A stretch of DNA of 64,000 nt, taken from positions 434,001 through 498,000 of the forward strand of contig CT868660.1 in the NCBI GenBank assembly GCA_000165425.1. The letters are read 5' to 3'. Of the stretch, positions 54,771-64,000 are shown piece by piece. The notes beneath the pieces are model-generated. The model did not search any database and was not told the DNA's origin. It saw only the letters and a program-made list of their open reading frames with translations. The DNA comes from Paramecium tetraurelia (lineage: Eukaryota). Both the position numbers and the translations under genes were made by a program. Numbering within the stretch: position 1 is the first letter of the stretch; each line of letters begins with the position of its first letter.

Positions 54771-57168
54771 ATGAATAGCAATACATTAAATAAATCGAGA
54801 AGGTTGTACAATACTTGCGACTCGAATTCGCAATTGAGAACCATTCTATTAGCTTCTTTAGCTAAATTACAGTTACTATAATAATGTTATTGTTTAGTTC
54901 TCAAAGCACAGCTTAGACTGGTTATAGTGAGTTGAGGACTTTGATAGCATAATTGCAATAAAATCAATTTGTGATTTTAACGAATTTACTTGATTCCAAT
55001 GACATTTCAAAATAAGCAAAAAAAGATTATATTAAAGTATTTGGTGTGTTAGCAGAAATAAGAGGTAGCGATATTTAAGAGTAGTTACCAAGAATTGTAT
55101 AAATTATCAACAAAAGAATATAAGAAGGTAAAATATACTTAGATTGGTCTAGGAGATTCCACATTTATTTAGGTGATATCAGATACCTTCGCAAACATCA
55201 ATGAATTTACCATCTAAACATCACCAAATAAATACGACTTATTTTAATCAATTACAGAATTGCTATAGGCTAATTTTGTACACAATAACAGAGTAGCTCA
55301 ATAAATTAGTGCTTAATCCCTATGCAGGATAATTTAAACAACGGACTAATAATTAATGGAGATGATCTTTAAAACTTACACTTAGAAAACCTTAGAAATT
55401 TTAAAGTATGCATTCAAATCTAAAGTGTAATTAGATCTCCACATTGCAAAACTTAATAAGGTTTACTTGAGAGTCTGCTGAGTCTTATATTGACAGTAGA
55501 AGGAATCTTTGAACCATGTTTAGAGGATTGTGTACATACTATCACCAATTGTTTGCATTCTGAAGAGTGGAACTCACGGTATTAGTTGTCCATATTCTAG
55601 AAAGTTTGCATTAGATATAATTTATTCGTTAAGCGTGATATTTCCTCATTATTTCAGAATAAATGAACAATTTGTCAATAAAATAGGAGAACTAAGATTT
55701 GACAAAATTAAACATGTAAGGGATGCAGCATAAGTAGCATTGTCATCCCTTAAAGATTCACGATCTCTATAATAATAATCAGCCAGAGAACATAAGTCAG
55801 TGTTTAAATCTAGTGCCAATAAAGGATTTTTTGAAAGAACATCAGATATATAAATTATTGAGAATAGACCAAGGGAAGAAGAAATCTCAAAATAGAAACC
55901 AACCTTTGCTGATATTCTTGTTAAAAATGAAACCCATTCCTTTACACTTCCCAATTAATAGATGGGAAGCGATAAGAAAACATCCCCTGTGCAAATGCTA
56001 GCTGATTCCAATAAAAACCATTCTCCTTAATGTTCTGCCTTTATCTAAGCAGCTTAGCCTACTTACCATTTTAATATATCAGGATATAGCAATCAAAAGG
56101 AGAAGAAATATATAAATTAAAGTTAAGAGATTTCTAAATCCTAAATTTAGCTTGCCACTCCCCCTTAAAAGTAAATACAAGACAAACAAGATCTCTTAAA
56201 ATTATATGATTCAGCCAAAGCCAAATAAAATGCCATCTTCGAATAAATTTTAAATTAAAAATTGTAAATTTCAGAACAAAACACACGTTCTGAAATGAAC
56301 CTATTAAACAAAAGAATAGATAAAATTGAATAGCTGTTAGAAAGAATGTCAGAAACTATAGATAAAAAGTTAAATTCATAATAGAATTAGCAATTATAAT
56401 AATAGTAACAAATTACATCTCAAAAATAAAAAGTAGTCCCTGTTGAATCGTATAAGGATTAGTTCATTCCTTGTTAAATACATGAAAATTAAAAATCTCT
56501 GAATCTCTAAAATTAAAATATGTTTGACTCTCTAAATGATGCTCCGAACACTAAAATGTAGGATATTTTTTTCATACAGTAAAAATCTTAATTCAACACT
56601 GAATCAAAACTTTAAGAATCTAATTTTGAACTAAATTCAGGAAAAATAAGTGATGCAGAAGGTAAATTTAGGGAAAATCATTAAAGATCAACTTCAGAAG
56701 CATCTCCTTTGAGAAACAAAGATCAATCTATTCTTACAACTGATAGTAAATAGACATAACAATAATTATCCTCTCCTATTATTCAAAATGCTAAAGTGAT
56801 TGAATAACAAAAGGTTATGTAAAAAGTAGAGGATTAATTAGATGTAAATTTATAGTGATTATTAGAAAAACAATATTAATGAAGCTTATTGTACCGCATT
56901 AACATCTTTAGATGACTAGATTATAATATCAACTATGATGAAGACTGGACCTTGTACTGAGAGGCTAGATTCCACATAAGTTGAATATTTATTACACAAA
57001 TTAAGAACATTAGATTGGATAGAAAATGCACTTCAACATCATCTTGCAAGAATGCCAGCAATTTTGTTAAAGTCAATATCTACATAATTAAATAATGTGT
57101 AATAAACTGACTAAGTTAAAAGAATTCAAGATATGATTGAAAAGAAGAAGACTTAATCACAAGATTGA
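54771..57168 (+). CDS. HEAT/TOG-like repeat protein, TORTIFOLIA1/SPIRAL2-like
   Basis: N-terminal helical repeats (IKVFGVLAEI..QLPRIVQIINKRIQEGDS), ELRFDKIKHVRDAA motif, central coiled coil, C-terminal NEAYCTAL..DD..LMMKTGPC. Confidence 0.65.
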
Positions 57169-57451
57169 TATCGTCATTTTATTTTTTGCCCTTATTAGAA
57201 TTTTATAATCCATTATTTTAACTTATTATATGTATGAAATATTAAGTTGCATCAAAATCAAAACTTAACCTTATCAAGATTTAATATTCAGAAATATATA
57301 TAATTTGAAATCCTCTAATATTTTTATTTTAATCTCTTTTAATAAAAAAGTAGAACTAAATAAATAATTAACTGTTGGTCAAAAAGAATAATCTAATACT
57401 TTTATGAATAACATTAAAATATTTATTTAATTTGAACAAATATTTGAATTA

Positions 57452-58876
57452 TCATAGTTATTGCTATTCAAAATTCTATTAAGGTGATATTTTTGAATTT
57501 TATTTATTGGCTTAATCATTTTCTACTTAATTTAAACATAAATTAGGTTAACTAAATAAGAGAAAATCTTTAATAAGAAAAGCTTTGTTTTCTTCATCTG
57601 AATGTTCTTACGAATTTGATATCAATTCTTATTCAAAATCTTAATTAAGGTTTGTATTTGGTGGTTTTAAGAGAATTCCCAATGAATGACTTTCTTGTAA
57701 CTTTTTACGACCAAAGTGATGCTAGAGAAACATTTATATTCTTGAAAGTTCATAAATGATATTGATATATACAAGTCTTTTTTGGGCTTGTTCCACCAAA
57801 ATAGAGCATGCCTTTTTATCTGAATCTGCTTTTGATTTGTGAAGTTATTTGTAATCAGTGAAATAAAAGCTTAAAACCTAATCGATAAAGCACTTGTCCA
57901 ATATTTTTTCATTATAATATGAAACTATGTACTTCAACATCATTAGTACGTTAACAATTGAACCAACCTAGGCTAGCACTTCTCCTATCTTAGGATAAAC
58001 AATATGCAATTCGTTTGAAATGGGATCAAGACGTAGAGTTATCGTAAAATAGGAGTCTATTTCTAAAAGATCTTGCCAAAGGCCTAAAGACGATGACGTT
58101 GTCAAAATTTATGCATCTTGAACAAAAGTTTCTTTTGTTAAAGACGCAAATAAAATTCCGTTATCAATAGATGCTTGAGCTTACTTGAAAGATATTTAAC
58201 TTTACGTCGCTATTACTTTATCTAAAGAAAAATAGTATGACTTTTTGAAAGTCTCGATTTATTAGGTTTATGAATTAAACTATTTTAAATTCAATTCAAA
58301 TTAAAAGTAATTTACTGCAGATGTAAAAAAACTATCTATTTCCGTTTCACTTGCACAACTCTAATTAGCAGATAAATATAATGGATTGCATTTCACAAAG
58401 ACAATCATTAATTCTCTAACATTTATTCCTTTGCTAGATTAGGACAATCTCAACTGATTTAAGCCATACTTTTTAGTTCCAAAATTAGACAGCTTTTCAT
58501 TCTAATTTAGAAATGAAAATTTTTAAGATTCTTGATCACTGTCAAAGTAAATGCCAATTGGAGTTATGATATTATTCTGTTAGCTAAAGGGATCGACTTA
58601 TTTGTTCGAGTACTTCCAATAAGCAAATTCAAAAAGAGATTCATCTTCAAAGTATAATAACTCTGAAGTTTGATCAGCCATCATTGTATTAGTCAACTTT
58701 GGAAGTAAATTAAAAGAAATCCATTCATGTAAAATGTATGCTAGATATCCAAAACTAGCTATCAAAATAATGAGAGATGTAATTCCTCCAATCAGAGATT
58801 TTTGGCTTTTTACATGGTAACTGATTTATTGTCGAAACTATACTCCGAAGATATCAATAAATGATATGTAATTCAT
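57452..58876 (-). CDS. Two-TM membrane protein of an expanded ciliate family
   Basis: MNYISFIDIFG..KSLIGGITSLIILIASFGYL (TM1), Cys-containing ectodomain, IGEVLAQVGSIVNVLMML (TM2). Confidence 0.7.
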
Positions 58877-59150
58877 AAAATAAATAATATTCACGTTTCC
58901 TTAATTTTCAACAATTTATTTTTATCATTTAGGATTTTTTTCAAACAAATTTAGTATATGATGTAATATTTAATTCTATAACGTATTATTGAAATATTCA
59001 TTCCCACATTGACTTACTAATTTCAGAATCAATTATATTGATCGAAAATATGGCAATGAATAGAAATATTAAATTCTTAAATAGAAAGTTAGAAGTTTTA
59101 CAATCAAATATCAAAAATATTAATAATATGGATAATTTAAATTAAATTGT

Positions 59151-60589
59151 TCACTTTTTCATGTCGTTGTTGTTGTTAATTTGAAATTGCTTTAAAATAA
59201 ATAATATAAATTCTTACTCTCCCTTTAACCATATTAATTTTCAATATAATACTCGGTACATTAATTTCTGCATCGTCTTTTACCTCTATTAAATCCGATT
59301 CTTGTCTATTTTACTTTTATTGTACTGTTTATAATTAAACCTTTGTGCCATTTATAGAAGAAGAATCCTTAGTTCCGTCAAAAATGCCCCATGCTTTCAG
59401 ACTTAAATAATTTTCAATTATACTTTTTTAAATATTGAAACCTACATTATTGCCTTGATACTGTATTAATTTTGATAACGAAATCGTTTACAGTCGATCT
59501 TCCTATAGTAATATCATTGGAATCCTGATTTTCTAAATGAAGAAAAATGTTTTAAATATTTTTTTTTATGTCCTCACTTTTGAATTCGATAGTAATAAAA
59601 GACACTTAGTATTCTTTAAGTTTATCATAAATGTCTTTCTATTCACTAGTTGTACTTTAAGAATCTTCAATGTCTCCTTATTATTAATATATATTCCAAA
59701 ATTTCTTATGTAATTCAGGGTCGTTAAAATGAATTTCATTTTTAGGGTTATTTAAGAGATTCAACTTTTTTAACAACCAAAAGAAATGATCATCTATTTC
59801 TTTTCCTTCCTCATTAAAAGATTGACAAAAGTTAACTTTAAAATTTGAATCGGTACCATAACAAAATATTTGATCTTATTTCATAATATAGGGTGTTTTA
59901 TTGTTAATTAACAATGAAGTTCCGCCTAAACTACCTAAATCTTAAATATAAACATGTCTTGGTTTACTAAAATAGGGAGATAAAGTACTCTAAAAATTAA
60001 GAAATGATAAACCTGGCTCTTGGAGGCAATGGAAAATTGGATTAGGTTCTAATGCTATCTAATGCTAATGTATAAATAAGTTTAAGTATAGGATCTTTTC
60101 TAAAGTAATCCTTGCAAACTAATTTACAATGAATTTTTGAAATGTTTTTTTACTTTTCAAGCACTAAAATAATATTATAGAATAACTTATATCAAGAGGA
60201 TTGACGTCCATAACATGAGATCTTCCTATAATGATGTCTTCAGAGTCAGCAGTTTTAGGAGAGCCAATAAGACTATAAATTCCTTGTTAAATTACCCATC
60301 CTAATTTATGAAGTATTGAGTTGATGGTTCTAGAGTCGTTGGTTTGTTAGATCTTACACTAACTATAATATAGGGTTCAAGTTCATTCAATTCCGTGTTA
60401 TTAATTGTAGTCGTTCTCTTTTAATGGTACTTATCTAATTTAGGGTCTAGATTAATTTTAATTCTAATATTTTTAATTAGCTCGATTTAACTTCTAATTG
60501 ATAATTTGGTTTGTTGGTATTTGAGGAGGAATTGGGAAAAGATCAACTTTAGCATTATCTACTTGATTAACGATTCCATCATTGTCCAT
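59151..60589 (-). CDS. Protein with two FHA domains
   Basis: FHA1: IIIGRS..NISKIHC..IQDLGSLGGT. FHA2: ITIGRS..TVSRQQC..IFDG..SSINGT. Confidence 0.75.
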
Positions 60590-60626
60590 TTGATTAATGA
60601 ACTATATTAATTATTTATTTAATTGA

Positions 60627-61391
60627 ATGGGTAATTTGTGCAAAAAAGAACAAAATCCAAGTAGTTCTTATAGATCTTCAATTTACTATGAGCCAAGAAA
60701 AGGAATCTGTATAAAAGAGAACTTAATTGAGCGATATCTGTTTGATCGACGATAAAGTCTTTTGGTACCAAGCCTGAGTAGGTAAATAATCAAAGAAGAA
60801 CTTGGTCAAGAGACTGGTACACCAAAACTTGATGATAGTTTACTCAAAGGCAGTCACTTTACATCTTGTACATCGAATTAAAGAGAAAGTTCTATTACTA
60901 ATAACACAATCTAATTGTTAAATGTGAATTCTTAAGGAAATCTACACTCTCACAGAATTCGATATCCCAATTCTCGATTGAATGAGGTGATTTGCTGCAA
61001 AGATTGTGGTAATGATTATGACAATTGGACAGTCGAAAATGTGGATGATAATTTAGTTAAAGTACTCATTTGGCTTTTAAAATGATAGATATATCATCCT
61101 CTCACTAAATGCTACTTGAAAACTCAATAAAAGAGTAGTAATGGCTAAATCGATGTCGGAGGTGGTGAACAAGGTGATGCTTGGTAAATTGAAAAACTCA
61201 ATGATAATAATATAAGTAACAAATCCTACAAATTATGTTTAGAAATACGACACTAAGAGACTGGGTATTATTTGTAAACTAATCTCAATTAATACAAGCC
61301 TGAAGGTTAAATCATAGTTTCTTTGTTAAGTATCGATTCTGGAAAACCTGATGATACTAGTACTCTTTGGAAAGTAATTGAAATTCAATGA
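60627..61391 (+). CDS. MIR (beta-trefoil, SDF2-like) domain protein with N-terminal acylation motif
   Basis: Starts MGNLCKK; IQLLNVNSQGNLHSH..EVIC..DNWTV; KIYHPLTKCYL; EIRHQETGYYL..TLWKVIE. 27-nt intron at 61062-61088. Confidence 0.7.
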
Positions 61392-61420
61392 TAATGTTTA
61401 TTTAATATCAAAAGTTGATT

Positions 61421-61808
61421 TCAACTTCTTCTCATTCTTCTGTCTCTTTTTGATGGATCCTATCCGTTTCCAATGCAATTTTAATCTTAATATGTATAAA
61501 TGTTAGGGAATGGTTATTTATCTTCAGCTTTTCTATTCTCTTCTGTCAGGTGATCAGCGAATTTCTAAGAAATATAAGAGTTCCAATTACTGTCAAATGT
61601 TTTCTTGCTTAATTGGCTGATGTTTCCTCCTTTTTCTATCCACTCAAATCAGTGTTAGGTAAGCATGATTCACCTTACAGATATATAAAATTATACCTGG
61701 TTTCATGGTTAAATTATGACCCAATTGATGTTTTGTGTGTCTTAAATGTTGATGTCTTGCTTGAATAACAAAAACAACTAATAATATGAGAATTATTTGT
61801 TTAATCAT
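61421..61808 (-). CDS. Small secreted protein (~110 aa, 2 introns)
   Basis: MIKQIILILLVVFVIQA signal peptide, His-rich segment, two Cys, basic C-terminus SKRDRRMRRS*. Confidence 0.6.
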
Positions 61809-62536
61809 TAATATATATATATTATTATTCTTAATACAATTCAACTGTATTATGTAGGTATCAATTACTTTATGAATGATTAGACATCTTATTAAGTTCA
61901 ATATTGCTAATCATTCTTAATTATTGGAGATTACATATACAGTTAATTGAAACAAACAATCATCGAATTACTTATAAATCTTATCGCCTCTATTCTTGAA
62001 TAAATCATAGGATTCAAAAATAGTTAAGAACCTGCATAGTTTCAGTTATTTTTGACTTTTTATATCAATTTATTCTCATCTTAATCCGTCTAAAAATATA
62101 GCTAATTAATTTTTAATTCCTCTAGTGATACCTTCCATTTAATTTTATGTCACTTTCTTAATGATCTATCTATAAAAATAGGTTTAGTTGATATTTTATA
62201 AATTGGTGAATCTCCTCCATTGTTGAATCCAATGAAATTTTACACTTTTATGGTTCCTTAGTCATAAACTCCTACTTTTGATGATACTAGACTTGACAAA
62301 TTTCCTAACTCAAATTGATTATGCATGAATTTTAGATAGCATTTAATTTTTAAATTTTATTAAACCATAAACTACTTCAATTGTTGAAAATGGATCAAAA
62401 TTAATGATCAACCAAACCATTGTTAATTAAAATCAAGGTCTAAGTTAAATATCTACTATTGAATTTCTAGCTTGCTTATAAATTGGATTATAAAATACTA
62501 GATTATTTTACTCTTATTAAAATTACATAAATAATT

Positions 62537-63635
62537 ATGTTCAAAGTCAAGATTCTCCAATTATTCGATTCCTTTGTATTAAATACTGTCGGCCCATACT
62601 ATAGGAGAATTGGAAAAAGCTTGCTTTCCTAAGGAAACGACATGCTTGGAAGCGAAGCTAGTGATGATCGTTTAGTGTAGTGTTTGAGATAAGTGCAAAC
62701 TAATGGTCAAACTCCCTAAATCAGCGATGCTTTATTTACTGCCCCCAATTCTGTTTTGGTTGGAAATGTTATCTTGAAACAGAAGTACTCTTAGACATGT
62801 TCAACCTTAGCTCCTCTGTCTGGTATGGTGCCACTTTACGTGCTGATCAAAATGCTATAACAGTAGGCAAGAATGCTTTAATTCAGGATAATGTCTATGT
62901 GAAAGCAACGTAACCAGTGACTTTAGGAAATAACTCTTATGTAGGACCAAATTCAAATTTATAAGGATGTTTAATTGGCGATGATGCATTTATTGGAATG
63001 GGATCTACAATTAAATAAGGTGCTTCGGTGTAAGGAATCGTGGCTGCTGGATCCCTTGTACCAGAGGGCACTCAAATTAAATAAGGAGAGGTTTGGGCTG
63101 GATCTCCTGCCAAGTATTTAAGAGACATCACCCCTCAAGAATTGCAAATCCTTAGGGAGTACAAATAAGAATTATTGGAATTGGCATAAGTTCATGGCGA
63201 AGAAACATCCAAGAATTTCAGACAAGTATTTTCAAATTACATTCTAGGTTGTTATTGATACTGATGAGAGACTAATAAAATAATCAAGAGGAACTGAAGA
63301 AGAGGCTCTATAAAAAATAGCTGAATTGAACTTCCCTTTAGAATATGAAGATGAAGAATTTATTGAATAGAGAGTGTTTATGAAACAATAACCTCCCATG
63401 TTCATGGACTCTGAAAATCTTTTTAGTCAACAAGATTAATATGAATAAGATCTAAGTTAATTTTCTGAAAGTATTCATAAATCCAAAACTCCTAGATATG
63501 TAAAAATACAGTGAAGATTATTAAATTTATGAAGAGGCTAAAAAGTACTTTGAATCAAACCCATAAGCTAAAGCCAATCAATTCCAACCAAAAAATGAAA
63601 TTCCTGACGAAAAACCATGGAGCAGAAAATATTGA
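62537..63635 (+). CDS. Gamma carbonic anhydrase-like protein (left-handed beta-helix; likely mitochondrial complex I accessory subunit)
   Basis: FTAPNSVLVGNV..SSVWYGATLRAD..IQDN..GCLIGDDAFIGMGS..VAAGSLVP..GEVWAGSPAKYLR. Confidence 0.85.
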
Positions 63636-64000
63636 TCTATTAAACATCAAATAAAATTTCATCAAAACTCCTTTGAACATTTAAATTATTATACCCTTAA
63701 AAATTAAAATAGAAAATTATGAATTCATTCATTGCCATTTTCTAAATATTGCGAATTATTTCTATTCATAATCATTAAAAATCAAAAGTAATAATTTAAA
63801 TGTATCTATGCATAAAAAAAGAAAGGAGCAATTATATGCAACTATTCTAATAAAAAGGGGAAGTATATTATTCAGTTTTTTCATTACTTTAAGAAAGATA
63901 ATGAATTCTATACAACCGCAAAAACTAATTCAGTATGTAATGGCAAATTTATTATTATAGAATAAGTTTAAATTTATAAATCTAAATATTTACTTTAGTC

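Noticed and set aside
61870..62330. Possible minus-strand gene starting MHNQFELG
   Set aside because: Frames break at TGA with no consistent intron solution.

Overview
AT-rich, gene-dense ciliate macronuclear DNA, most consistent with Paramecium. TAA/TAG read as Gln, TGA is the only stop, and introns are ~20-30 nt GT..AG, so the supplied standard-code ORF track is largely uninformative. Re-translating by eye with table 6 gives about 26 protein-coding genes: MOCS3/Uba4 (partial), a TPR protein, a TmcB-like PAS membrane protein, a large coiled-coil protein, SDHA (with apparent 1-bp insertions), a RasGAP+VPS9 protein, a CHY-finger protein, Clu1, an ABHD17-like hydrolase, tyrosine aminotransferase, a cNMP-binding K+ channel, a secreted poly-Q/beta-gamma-crystallin protein, a CDPK-like pseudokinase, a CAMK-type kinase, an ABCG transporter, a TORTIFOLIA1-like HEAT protein, a two-FHA protein, a MIR protein, a gamma-carbonic-anhydrase-like protein and several ciliate-type hypotheticals. 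There is also one PKA-like pseudogene. The standout is a domesticated, apparently catalytically dead piggyBac transposase gene (PiggyMac-like, ~37222-39433) of the type involved in programmed germline DNA elimination. It has an apparent +1 frameshift before its coiled-coil tail. I recognised no tRNA, rRNA, telomeric repeat or CRISPR array. Coordinates are manual and exon boundaries approximate.
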